A DNA stretch of 64,000 bases from Nemertoderma westbladi (Eukaryota > Animalia > Xenacoelomorpha), in assembly GCA_032718475.1 (NCBI GenBank), contig JAUCBJ010008887.1, positions 1-64,000 of the forward strand, in the 5' to 3' direction. Positions within the stretch are counted from its first letter, which is position 1, and every line of letters starts with the position of its first letter. This document shows, piece after piece, positions 48,106-60,906 of this stretch. Below the pieces are notes generated by a model. The model had not been told where the DNA came from. It ran no database searches and saw nothing but the letters and a program-made list of their open reading frames with translations. A program made the position numbers and the translations under genes.

Positions 48106-49513
48106 ATGACGGAGTTGATAGAAGATGATCTTGGTATTAGGGAGCGATATACTCTACCTTTACAAGCATTTGTGGATAGCTTAATACGCGGTGAAGCCAA
48201 TCCAACCATTACGGAGGACGATGGTCGTTATATCGAACCGCCGATATACGAGTCGCTATACTCATCGTAATGGTACGTATATGGACTTCCTAACTACCGG
48301 CCATCCTATCGATTTACATGATACGGACGATGTAGACACCGAAAGGGAAATGGTTCTATTTAAATATCATACCCAGCGGAGTCGTAACGATAAACCGAGA
48401 ATAGATCACGAAAATTCTATTCGTAACAGACTGGGAAGACGAACCAATATGCCTCTAATCTGAGGAGATTCAGCCTATCGCGCCCGGAACAGTGACAACG
48501 ATTACATCCTAGAATAGTATCAAGGTCCACAGTGTCTCACTGCGTACGATTATCGCCATGCCAACTATGTTTCTCGGCAACGTTGTCGGTTATGCGCATC
48601 GAGAGACCATGTTACGCCCATGGACACAAACGTCCGCTGTTCCTATTTCCACGAACAACCGGCGATGGAAATTTATTGCGCGTATTGCAGACTCAATAAC
48701 TTGCAAATTTTTGCGGTTTGCCCTCAATTTATGACTCAATGTCACCATTGTCAACTAAAGGGACACGCCAGTTTCGATTGCCCTTTTAATCGCGATTTGG
48801 AAAGCGTAGATGAAATGATCACACTACGTTACATCAGAGCTTGGGAAGCGAACGCTGATTTACATTGTGATTCGCGCCATCGCTATTATCCTGGACGCGC
48901 TTACGAAGGAGTTTATGTGTTCCATCCTTACCTATTCGCTTCTGTTGAACAGAAATCACGCATATCGCGTTACGAACTACTGAAGCGCGTCGGAGAATGT
49001 ATTTCAACCAAGTTCGTACGCAAATTTGTTAGGAGTGTTAATCCTAGCGACCTTCATTCCTATAACTTAATCAATTATATCCGTCAGGACCCAGACTATG
49101 GAGACTTATTTGTTAACTCACACCCCGAGTTACAGGAAGTATATCGACGGCCTTACGAATACCGAGCCCGCGAATGCGAGTTGGAAAGAACCATTAAACC
49201 CAGGAAGTTTCTGACTGCCTATGGTCCACCCACGGCTCTCGTTCAGACCACTCGTAAAGGACCCGTAAGAGCGGCTGTCTTAAAACGCGCTCTCAAAGCC
49301 GTTAGACCCCTCTCCCCCGACGTTGATGTCAATCAACCCGGCACTTCGACTGGCGGATACACCGACCATAATCCTACACCCTCTGATGCAATTATATTGC
49401 ACCCTTCACCCAGGAGTTATAGCCCTCCTTGTAAGGTGGCTCGCCCCAAAGAGAAAAGGACTCTAGCCAGCTTTAAAAAACTGCGTAAACGCTGTCCGCG
49501 CAAGAAAGGCTAA
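48106..49513 (+). pseudogene. ORF3 of A2 (zinc-knuckle accessory protein); C-terminal 297 codons open, upstream part with stops, frameshifts and a probable deletion
   Basis: 48620..49513 aligns residue for residue with ORF 94..1602; DNA homology extends back to about 48430 with premature stops (TAA about 48455, TAG about 48515). Confidence 0.85.
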
Positions 49514-49591
49514 CTGTTTAGAGTATTTACATATATTAGAAACTGTGATTTTTGTATATTTATAAACTTGAATCCCATTTTCTGGGAGCGG

Positions 49592-50386
49592 TGTAAAAGC
49601 TTTTGCGGTTATACATGCGGTTATATATTTCCGCAAGGTACCGTTATAGGTGTTTTAACGGACATAAAAGTCATTCTTCTATATGCGTGCTTTGGCGGAC
49701 ATGGTAAGGCAAAAAACCCGCAATGCACCAAATACCCTGGCACAGCTTAGCCTTGATGATTCAGATTACGACATCTAACAGCTGGTTGCTGACATGGAAA
49801 CGGCCATTGGACACATGGTTCTTTGTTTAGCTTAACAGCCAATCAGAGCGATTTTTTCTGTCGATGTGGAGATATTTTGGCCGATCGTGCTAGGAGTGTT
49901 CAGTCTTACTGTTTTTCTTGATACTGTTGTGTTGTTTCTATCTAGGCCAGGAACACCGGCTCTAGAGTCAATTCGTTTTTCATACTTTAGAAGAAACATT
50001 AGTAGGCTTAAATTATAGAGCGTATAACTGTTATCATAACATAACAATCAGTGCAACTCAGTTCAGTCTTACATTATCGGTTCAACATACATTATTATAC
50101 TGCTATTTACTGTTGTCATATTTTGTATCAGTTGGTTGAATATTATTTGGAGAACATCTATAAAGAACCCAAATTTCCCAATTTTCTTGATACACTACAG
50201 GTTAGAGAGACGGGTTACATATAGCGATTGCGACTTATATTATTGTGGTTTGTAGTGAATTTAATGCTATTTGATAAGCACTACATGAGTCAGTTGCTGT
50301 TCTCTTTATATATGATCGGCAAATTAGTGAGCAGTATTGTGTGTTACCGGTAGTGAAACTGCTAAAGGTCTTCAAAAGCGCGTACA
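49592..50386 (+). repeat. 3' LTR of A2 (795 bp; about 390-bp internal deletion relative to the 5' LTR)
   Basis: Follows ctgggagcgg; the junction ccggtagtg|aaactgctaaagg skips about 34647-35034 of the 5' LTR. Confidence 0.95.
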
Positions 50387-50549
50387 TGTAACATTTATAA
50401 AAAAAATAGCAAAAACTAGCCAGTATAAAAAATCTGGTCAATTGGCACCCAAGGTGTACTAATGCCATTAAAATTGCAATATATTTTTTATGGTGTTTTC
50501 ACAACAATATATACAGTACCGGTAGCTAAAAATATTAATAATATTTTTA

Positions 50550-51539
50550 GGGTGCATGTAAAGAGCGGACTGCGGACTGTGGACTGCGGATAGCCAAAAT
50601 CCACGCGGTCAATTTAAATTATCGACTTCCAAACTAAGAATCCGTTCTTTGTTGTCTGGACAAATGGCGGACTGAAGCCGGTAAATTGTAACCTGATTGG
50701 CTCAATCATTTACATAGGCTGAAAGGGAACTTAAAGAATGAATCATCCCATTGCAGCATTGGCTTTTAAATGTTTACCATTGCGCAACAAGGATAACAGG
50801 TACATAACAAGTATAACAAGTAATACAGGAAATAATTATCCTATACAGTAATTACGTGGACTGTTGATTAAGGGGCTACTACAGTACTAGTGGCGAACCT
50901 ATACCTACTGAGGACTAGTGGCGAACCTATACCTCTACTGTAAATACAGTAGTAGGCTAATCAGGTAATATTTTCCTAAACTTTCACATCAAGACACTCT
51001 CATCTTACGTAAGCCTGGATGTATTATAGTAAGTTTAGTTTTGGACGTTTAAGAATAGGCCTACTACACGTGCAATACGGCCGCCATCGATTACGTTACT
51101 TATTATAGGTACTTAGTTTTAGTTTGAATTAATCGAAAACTTCAACCGGCTGACCAGTCCAGTAGCCGGTAGGCCAACAGTACATGCCTGCTGCACGGCA
51201 GCTTAATTGATACCGCACCGGTAGTCCTACTTAATTACTTGCAGTATAATTATACTGTAGCAATGTTGGAATATTGTTTGTGTTTCCATCTCTATGCTGC
51301 TATGTGTCACAATGAAAACATTTAAGCCAATAAGAGGATTCAGGAAAGTTCCCTTTGGGCCTATGTAAATGATTGAGCCAATCAGGTTACAATTTTCTGG
51401 CTTCAGTCCGCCGTTTGTCCAGACAACAAAGAGCGGATTCTTACATTATAATGCTATAATTCAAATTGACCGCGCATATTTGGGCTTTTAATTGACAATC
51501 CGCAGTCCGTAGTCCGCAGTCCGCTCTTTACATGCACCC
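50550..51539. mobile_element. Non-autonomous Mutator-like (MULE) element with TIRs of about 200 bp
   Basis: gggtgcatgtaaagagcggactgcggact...agtccgcagtccgctctttacatgcaccc; 9-bp TSD atattttta/atgttttta. Confidence 0.85.
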
Positions 51540-52189
51540 ATGTTTTTAGACATTTTAGGTATTTTTAAAACACTAGCTCCTAATAAAGACACTAGCTACC
51601 AATCAAACCACAGTACCACTAAACCAATGTTAGCCATCCATATTCAAGAAAAAAATTCAAAAAAAGGCTGTGGAAGGATAGGAACTAATTATTCATCAAA
51701 GTTGGTCAAAAATGGTCACACAAGCTATAGAAGTGCAAAAATATATTGTTCTAGAACCGTAATTTTCCAAATAAATATCAAACTTATTGTGGTAATGTTG
51801 AACAAATAATATTAGTAAATAATTAAGAATACGAATCCTGTTAGGCCTACATAATGTTACCCGGTAATATTATTGTTTCGTTGTGTTACTGGTATAATTT
51901 TAATTACAGTACCAGAATGTTAATTGTTTAAGTTGTCATAACAACTGATACAAGTTGTACTCACACATAAATTTTGATGAATGCTGAAAATACTCAGCGA
52001 TAGTATCAGTATCAAACTCACAATACATGCAAGGACCGTTCACAGTTCATTAACGCGAGCAACTTGGGGGGGTGTTAATAATTCGGAATTATCGCCTTTG
52101 AGAAACCGGACCCAGTTTAACCTTCGACCTCGACACTCTCCAGAAACGGGAGTAGTAGGAGTTTGGGCGGCTTTGCAACAGTTATACTT

Positions 52190-52431
52190 AACTGATACCC
52201 ATTGGGTGTCATATGACACCCAATGACACCCTATGGGTGTCATTGGGTTCATTGGCGCCTGACTGTCTGGGTGAACCTCCTAATTAGGCTAATTAGACCC
52301 TAATTGACAGGTGTCATCAATTAATTAGTACAATTAAACCCTAATAGGTGTCTTATGACACTTATTAGGGTGTAATTGATTATCCTAATTAATCAGACTG
52401 ATTAGCGCCCTGACACCCAATGGTTTCAGTG
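52190..52431. mobile_element. Small MITE-like element rich in TGACACC/GGTGTCA motifs
   Basis: Termini actgatacccattgggtgtca and tgacacccaatggtttcagt are near-complementary. Confidence 0.5.
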
Positions 52432-53461
52432 ATGTCCAACTGTCACAAAGCCGCCTAAGTGGTGTCATTAAGTGACACCTCTCCCCTTTTATTTATTGGT
52501 ATTGATTTATTGGTATTTATTTTTATTTAAATAATTGTATTCATTTTACTTTATTTAATTGTATTACTTTATTTAATTTATAAATTGATTTCTAATATTA
52601 GAATTATCAATAACTCGTTTTATTTATCAATACTTCCTGTCTACCTTATAATCCATTGGACAAGTTTCAGCTCGCTCCCCATATCTCGCCCTAGGGTATA
52701 CAGGTCCTTGACTAGTGACTATTGAAGTTAATGTTAGCGAGGGGATTAACTTAAAGCATAAAGTTGCATGCAAGCTATCGTCTAGGTTACACATGAATGA
52801 ACAATTTACAAGGCCGGCCATTTATAGATTCTTTGCTGCTGTGTCAGGATTGGCTATTTAAGGAGGCCTTTTGGGCCCCAACATTCCAAGTTACTATTAA
52901 TTAGCCTTGACCAAGAAAACATCCCATTGATTCATTTTAAAGTTTACTGTTTAATTAAAGAAGGCCCTGTTTTAATACATAAGTTATATGGTATATTATC
53001 AATTTATTTAATTTGTTTTTTTTATTTACAGCCCTAATTGTTCTATTATTATTTATGTTTTATTATATTTGTCAATCTATAACTTGTTAATTTTTATTAA
53101 TTTTCTATGCATTGAGGTTTTCGTGGGCGCGGTTTCCCTACTCTCGAAACGATCTAACCTATAATTAATTACATAAGTCTGTTAGGCATGCTTAATTAAC
53201 AAATCTCGTTTACCTTTTATCCGTAAAATCTATCAAGCTAAATTGCATACAATTTTTATGGGGGGCGAGGTATGAGGCAAGATGTTTGAGACTTATTTAG
53301 GCACATTATTACACCATTTTGTACCCTCAATCTACCATTCACTCCCATTCAACCTTTCGTCCTATCTTTTACTAGACCTCAATGTTTGAAAATATAACCT
53401 CAGAATTCTTGTCTGAGGCAGCCCTAAGTCTCGGATTTAAGGCCAGAGGCAGCCCTAAAAG

Positions 53462-56400
53462 CGTAACCTCCTCACTTGTAACCTCCTCACTTGTAACCTC
53501 CTTACTTGTAACCCCGCCCTTACTCGTAACCTCCTCACTTGGAACCTTCTCATTCGTAACCCCCTCAGTCGTAGCCTCCTCACTTGTAACATCTTCCCCT
53601 TGTGACCCCTCACTCGTAACCTCCTCACTTGTAGCCTCCTCACTTGTAGCCTCCTCACTTGTAGCCTCCACACTTGTAACCTCCTCACTTGTAGCCTCCA
53701 TACTTGTAACCTCCTAACTTGTAGCCTACATACTTGTAACCTCCTCACTTGTAACCTCCTCCCCCACTTGTAGCCTCCTCACTTGTAGCCTCATCACTTG
53801 TAACCTCCTCACTTGTAGCCTCCACACTTGTAACCTCCTCACTTGTAGCCTCCTCACTTGTAACCTCCTCCCTCACTCGTAACCTCCTCACTTGTAGCCT
53901 CCTCACTCGTAACCTCCGCACTTGTAGCCTCCTCACTTGTAACCTCCTCACTTGTAACCTCCTCACTCGTAACATCCTCACTTGTAGCCTCCTCACTCGT
54001 AACCTCCTCACTTGTAGCCTCCTCACTTGTAACCTCCTCATTTGTAACCTCCTCACTCGTAACCTCCTCACTTGTAACCTCCTCACTTGTAGCCTCCTCA
54101 CTTGTAACCTCCTCACTTGTAACCTCCTCACTTGTAACCTCCACATTTCTAACATCCTCACTTGTAGCCTCCTGACTTGTAACCTCCTCACTCGTAACCT
54201 CCTCACTCCTAACCTCCTCACTTGTAGCCTCCTCACTCGTAACCTCCTCACTTGTAGCCTCCTCACTTGTAACCTCCTCACTTGTAACCTCCTCACTCGT
54301 AACCTCCTCACTTGTAGCCTCCTCACTTGTAACCTCCTCACTTGTAACCTCCTCACTCGTAACATCCTCACTTGTAGCCTCCTCACTCGTAACCTCCTCA
54401 CTTGTAGCCTCCTCACTTGTAACCTCCTCATTTGTAACCTCCTCACTCGTAACCTCCTCACTTGTAACCTCCTCACTTGTAGCCTCCACATTTCTAACCT
54501 CCTCACTTGTAGCCTCCTGACTTGTAACCTCCTCACTCGTAACCTCCTCACTCCTAACCTCCTCACTTGTAGCCTCCACACTCGTAACCTCCACACTTGT
54601 AACCTCCTCACTTGTAACCTCCTCCCTCACTCGTAACCTCCTCACTTGTAGCCTCCTCACTCGTAACCTCCTCACTTGTAGCCTCCTCACTTGTAACCTC
54701 CTCACTTGTAACCTCCTCACTCGTAACATCCTCACTTGTAGCCTCCTCACTCGTAACCTCCTCACTTGTAGCCTCCTCACTTGTAACCTCCTCACTTGTA
54801 TCCTCCTCATTTGTAACCTCCTCACTCGTAACCTCCTCACTTGTAACCTCCTCACTTGTAGCCTCCTCACTTGTAACCTCCTCACTCGTAACCTCCTCAC
54901 TTGTAGCCTCCTCACTTGTAACCTCCTCACTTGTAGCCTCCTCACTCGTAACCTCCTCACTTGTAGCCTCCTCACTTGTAACCTCCTCACTTGTATCCTC
55001 CTCATTTGTAACCTCCTCACTCGTAACCTCCTCACTTGTAACCTCCTCACTTGTAGCCTCCTCACTTGTAGCCTCCTCACTCGTAACCTCCTCACTTGTA
55101 GCCTCCACATTTCTAACCTCCTCACTTGTAGCCTCCTGACTTGTAACCTCCTCACTCGTAACCTCCTCACTCCTAACCTCCTCACTTGTAGCCTCCACAC
55201 TCGTAACCTCCACACTTGTAACCTCCTCACTTGTAGCCTCCACATTTCTAACCTCCTCACTTGTAGCCTCCTGACTTGTAACCTCCTCACTTGTAACCTC
55301 CTCACTCCTAACCTCCTCACTTGTAGCCTCCACACTCGTAACCTCCACACTTGTAACCTCCTCACTTGTAACCTCCTCCCTCACTCGTAACCTCCTCACT
55401 TGTAGCCTCCTCACTCGTAACCTCCTCACTTGTAGCCTCCTCACTTGTAACCTCCTCACTTGTAACCTCCTCACTCGTAACATCCTCACTTGTAGCCTCC
55501 TCACTCGTAACCTCCTCACTTGTAGCCTCCACACTTGTAACCTCCTCACTCGTAACCTCCTCACTCGTAACATCCTCACTTGTAGCCTCCTCACTCGTAA
55601 CCTCCTCACTTGTAGCCTCCACACTTGTAACCTCCTCACTCGTAACCTCCTCACTCGTAACCTCCTCCCTCACTCGTAACCTCCTCACTTGTAGCCTCCT
55701 CACTCGTAACCTCCTCACTTGTAGCCTCCTCACTTGTAACCTCCTCACTTGTAACCTCCTCACTCGTAACCTCCTCACTCCTAACCTCCTCACTTGTAGC
55801 CTCCACACTCGTAACCTCCACACTTGTAACCTCCTCACTTGTAACCTCCTCCCTCACTCGTAACCTCCTCACTTGTAGCCTCCTCACTCGTAACCTCCTC
55901 ACTTGTAGCCTCCTCACTTGTAACCTCCTCACTTGTAACCTCCTCACTCGTAACATCCTCACTTGTAGCCTCCTCACTCGTAACCTCCTCACTTGTAGCC
56001 TCCACACTTGTAACCTCCTCACTCGTAACCTCCTCACTCGTAACATCCTCACTTGTAGCCTCCTCACTCGTAACCTCCTCACTTGTAGCCTCCACACTTG
56101 TAACCTCCTCACTCGTAACCTCCTCACTCGTAACCTCCTCCCTCACTCGTAACCTCCTCACTTGTAGCCTCCTCACTCGTAACCTCCTCACTTGTAGCCT
56201 CCTCACTTGTAACCTCCTCACTTGTAACCTCCTCACTCGTAACCTCCTCACTTGTAACCTCCTCACTTGTAACCTCCTCACTCGTAACCTCCTCACTTGT
56301 AACCTCCTCACTCGTAACCTCCTCACTTGTAGCCTCCTCACTTGTAACCTCCTCACTTGTAACCTCCTCACTCGTAACATCCTCACTTGTAGCCTCCTCA

Positions 56401-57485
56401 CTCGTAACCTCCTCACTTGTAGCCTCCTCACTTGTAACCTCCTCACTTGTATCCTCCTCATTTGTAACCTCCTCACTCGTAACCTCCTCACTTGTAACCT
56501 CCTCACTTGTAGCCTCCTCACTTGTAGCCTCCTCACTCGTAACCTCCTCACTTGTAGCCTCCTCACTTGTAACCTCCTCACTTGTAACCTCCTCACTCGT
56601 AACATCCTCACTTGTAGCCTCCTCACTCGTAACCTCCTCACTTGTAGCCTCCTCACTTGTAACCTCCTCACTTGTATCCTCCTCATTTGTAACCTCCTCA
56701 CTCGTAACCTCCTCACTTGTAACCTCCTCACTTGTAACCTCCTCACTCGTAACCTCCTCACTTGTAGCCTCCTCACTTGTAACCTCCTCACTTGTAACCT
56801 CCTCACTTGTAACCTCCTCACTCGTAACCTCCTCACTTGTAGCCTCCTCACTTGTAACCTCCTCACTTGTATCCTCCTCATTTGTAACCTCCTCACTCGT
56901 AACCTCCTCACTTGTAACCTCCTCACTTGTAGCCTCCTCACTTGTAACCTCCTCACTTGTAACCTCCTCACTCGTAACATCCTCACTTGTAGCCTCCTCA
57001 CTCGTAACCTCCTCACTTGTAGCCTCCTCACTTGTAACCTCCTCACTTGTATCCTCCTCATTTGTAACCTCCTCACTCGTAACCTCCTCACTTGTAACCT
57101 CCTCACTTGTAGCCTCCTCACTTGTAACCTCCTCACTCGTAACCTCCTCACTTGTAGCCTCCTCACTCGTAACCTCCTCACTTGTAGCCTCCTCACTTGT
57201 AACCTCCTCATTTGTAACCTCCTCACTCGTAACCTCCTCGCTTGTAACCTCCTCACTTGTAGCCTCCTCACTTGTAACCTCCTCACTTGTAACCTCCTCA
57301 CTTGTAACCTCCACATTTCTAACCTCCTCACTTGTAGCCTCCTGACTTGTAACCTCCTCACTCGTAACCTCCTCACTCCTAACCTCCTCACTTGTAGCCT
57401 CCTCACTTGTAACCTCCTCCCTCACTTGTAACCTCCTCACTCGTAACCTCCTCACTTGTAACCCCCCTCACTTTAACCTCCTCAC
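53462..57485. repeat. 15-bp minisatellite (CTTGTAACCTCCTCA)n, about 4 kb, with higher-order blocks
   Basis: Read directly; variant units (gta/gcc, ctc/ctt, 19-bp units) recur in repeated patterns. Confidence 0.98.
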
Positions 57486-57577
57486 CTTTCACTATCAGAC
57501 TAATTATGAGGGCTTTGTGTCAAAAATAAGGTTTTAATTAACTAATATTTTTGAGATGAGGTTTGTTATTGTTCTAA

Positions 57578-57800
57578 TTTTCTAATCAGAAGGTCGCGAG
57601 TTCGAGCCCTAGAAAAACAATATTATTTTTCCTGGATCTGCATTGACTCTAGAGTACACTAGCTTCGACCCTCTCAGCTATAGTGAGAGCCTATCATTTG
57701 TTGAGAGAGTAAACAAACGGATCGAATAGTGATAGTATGCAACCTTGGGAGTTAATGCGCTGTCTTATGAGTAAAAGCCAAGAGATTAGATTTCGTTGCT
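57578..57800 (+). mobile_element. Possible tRNA-derived SINE fragment
   Basis: ttctaatcagaaggtcgcgaGTTCGAGCCc resembles an anticodon/variable/T-arm half with a B box; no A box or acceptor stem is visible. Confidence 0.35.
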
Positions 57801-58089
57801 TATGTTGGTTCACTCCTCTTAACTTTACAATAGAGTTTGCTAGCGCTGGTTTTAATCAAATTAAAGACCCTACAGTATAAATTTTGTGCTAAACCAGATA
57901 CTTTAGATGCTGAGGGGGAATCTGGTTTGCATTTGATAACTTGATTAGTGAGTATATCTACATTTGGTAGTTTGTGTGGTGTTATCTCACCTCGCGAGTA
58001 ACCGACAAGATAGAGGATTAAATGACTTAAAGTTAAAATGATCTAAAGTTAAGTTATACGCGTGTTCAATAAAAACCACAAGGAATCGG

Positions 58090-59385
58090 GGACTCGCATC
58101 ATTGATATTGAAGAAGGACTCCCGTCATATCCTATAAGTTCTCGCGCGAAATTTCGCAACCCGTGATTTAGCTCACAATGGAATGTTGCTGCTAAATATG
58201 AAAGCTATACCAACGAATGAGAGATTGTGTGGTCGTTTCAATTGTGATTTAAATATTCCACCATCTATACTGTGCACCTCGTCTCAACAGCTCATGTTGT
58301 TACAACAGGTACGGTAATAATTATTATTTCATTTAATTATTATTAATTTTTTAATTCGCAGTGAAATATGGTGTGAAAAAGGAAATCCATACCGTGTTTC
58401 ACTAAATATGTCCAAATGTTTCCTTTTTATGAGAATTGAGGGAAGGGGGATCCAGATCAAAAAATTGCGGCATTTGTTCCAATAAATATATTGGCAACTG
58501 TCGTGTTTAATAGAAAGCTTGAATTCTTAATAGAATACATTACAGAGTTTATTTTTCAGTGACGGATTTAGGGATATTGGGTCATGCCCCCCCCCCCCCC
58601 CCCTTCCCCTCATAATAAGGGCGCAGCCACGGGAGAGGTGTGGACATGGGAACGCTATATCATATGTCCAGTCCACAGCACTCCAGAGTACAGTTTAAAG
58701 CCTCCCTAACCAGGCCGGAAATCCAAAGCCAGGGCGATATCAACCACATCCTTTATTTAGGCTGGTGAGATTACTATGTAGGAAGTCCAATTGTTAGTAC
58801 AAACTACACAATACAGAATGGTCATTAGCGGTGTGGTTGCCATCCAAGCAATGCGAATATTTTTTATAAAAATATTAATATTATATCTTATAAGAATAAA
58901 TAATGTATCATAATTTTAATTTATATATTTGTGGCAAATATATTAAATATATTAATCAAATAGTTGTGGCAAGTTTTTTACAATATGTGCTTTGATAAAT
59001 TGAAATATTGAGCATCCGCCTCTGTTAATTATATATTTTCTCCGCGCATAGATAGGCTCATCATGTTGTATATGACGAAAACTATAAATTTAATCCAAAC
59101 CAGCTAAGGCTGTGTTCCCGGATAGTGAGGTCAGCTCATATTTGTTTCATATGGGGAAGGCGATCAGGGAATGGTTAACAAAACATGGGTAGGCCTACTC
59201 TCGTCTCCTGCGTGACAATGGCCGTTTCTTGGAATATATCCGTTTGTTTATAGGTTCCAGTATGCTTCCGTTAGGAGTTATACAATACTTTTATCAATCA
59301 TCTTGTTATAAATCCTCCTATCGATCAACCGGATAATGTATTTGCTGCTAGCAATCACTTTGGAAACTACTGTACTTTTGTTGGG
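58090..59385 (+). pseudogene. Degraded, apparently intron-containing MULE transposase remnant
   Basis: Fragments LNIPPSILCTSSQQLMLL (about 58250-58305), LPSKQCEY (about 58840) and AKAVFPDSEVSSYLFHMGKAIREWLTKHG (about 59100-59190) follow the order of MULE motifs (IP....T..G..FL, LP.K....Y, A...VFP.....GC.FH..QA). Confidence 0.5.
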
Positions 59386-59394
59386 TATTACATG

Positions 59395-60906
59395 AGGATT
59401 CAACCTGCGGCACCCGGACCCATTAAACTAACGGCACCCGGACCCATTCAACTAACGGCACCTGGACCCATTCAACTAACGGCACCTAGACCCATTCAAC
59501 CAACAGCACCCGGACCCATTCAACCAACAGGACCCGGGCCCATTCAACCAGTGGCACCCGGACCCATTCAACCAGCGGCACCCGGACCCATTCAACCAGC
59601 GGCACCCGGACCCATTCAACTAACAGCACCTGGACCGGGACCCATTCAACCAACAGCACCCGGACCCATTCAACCAGCGGCACCCGGACCCATTCATCCA
59701 GCGGCACCCGGACCCATTCAACCAGCGGCACCCGGACCCATTCATCCAGCGGCACCCGGATCCATTCAACCAACAGCACCCGGACCCATTCAACTAACGG
59801 CACCTGGACCGGGACCCATTTAACCAACAGCACCCGGACCCATTCAACCAGCGGCACCCGGACCCATTCATCCAGCGGTACCCGGACCCATTCAACCAGC
59901 GGTACCTGGACCCATTCAACTAACAGCACCCGGACCCATTCAACTAACGGCACCTGGACCGGGACCCATTCAACCAACAGCACCCGGACCCATTCAACCA
60001 GCGGCACCCGGACCCATTCATCCAGCGGCACCCGGACCCATTCAACCAGCGGCACCCGGACCCATTCATCCAGCGGCACCCGGATCCATTCAACCAACAG
60101 CACCCGGACCCATTCAACTAACGGCACCTGGACCGGGACCCATTCAACCAACAGCACCCGGACCCATTCAACCAGCGGCACCCGGACCCATTCAACCAGC
60201 GGCACCCGGACCCATTCATCCAGCGGCACCCAGACCCATTCAACCAGCGGCACCCGGACCCATTCATCCAGCGGCACCCGGACCCATTCAACCAGCGGCA
60301 CCCGGACCCATTCATCCAGCAGGACCCGGGTCCATTCAACCAACAGCACCCGGACCCATTCAACTGACGGCACCTGGACCGGGACCCATTCAACCAACAG
60401 CACCCGGACCCATTCAAACAGCGGCACCCGGACCCATTCATCCAGCGGTACCCGGACCCATTCAACAGCGGTACCTGGACCCATTCAACCAACAGCACCC
60501 GGACCCATTCAACTAACGGCACCTGGACCGGGACCCATTCAACCAACAGCACCCGGACCCATTCAACCAGCGGCACCCGGACCCATTCAACCAACAGCAC
60601 CCGGACCCATTCAACCAGCAGCACCCGGACCCATTCAACCAGCGGCACCCGGACCCATTCATCCAGCGGTACCCGGACCCATTCAACCAGCGGTACCTGG
60701 ACCCATTCAACTAACAGCACCCGGACCCATTCAACTAACGGCACCTGGACCGGGACCCATTCAACCAACAGCACCCGGACCCATTCAACCAGCGGCACCC
60801 GGACCCATTCAACCAGCGGCACCCGGACCCATTCAACTAACAGCACCCGGACCCATTCAACCAACAGCACCCGGACCCATTCAACAGCAGCACCCAGACC
60901 CATTCA
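59395..60906. repeat. 24/30-bp minisatellite (CCCGGACCCATTCAACCAGCGGCA)n, reading APGPIQP[A/T] on +
   Basis: Read directly; about 60 units. Confidence 0.97.

Larger units (their letters stand above)
33872..50386 (+). mobile_element. Full-length, decayed BEL/Pao LTR retrotransposon, family A (copy A2, 16.5 kb)
   Basis: Two LTRs, 5-bp TSD tataa/tgtaa (one mismatch), gag-pro-RT-RH-IN order, ORF3, PPT; the host repeat is continuous across the insertion. Confidence 0.95.

Noticed and set aside
53455-57455. Long RRLQV/EEVTS ORFs as genes
   Set aside because: They arise from a stop-free 15-mer, start at alternative codons and switch frames at 19-bp units.
57578-57612. tRNA gene
   Set aside because: Only the 3' half with a B box is recognisable; no D arm or acceptor stem.
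59486-60903. Minus-strand VEWVRVPL and LNGSGCRW ORFs
   Set aside because: Antisense readings of the 24-bp minisatellite.
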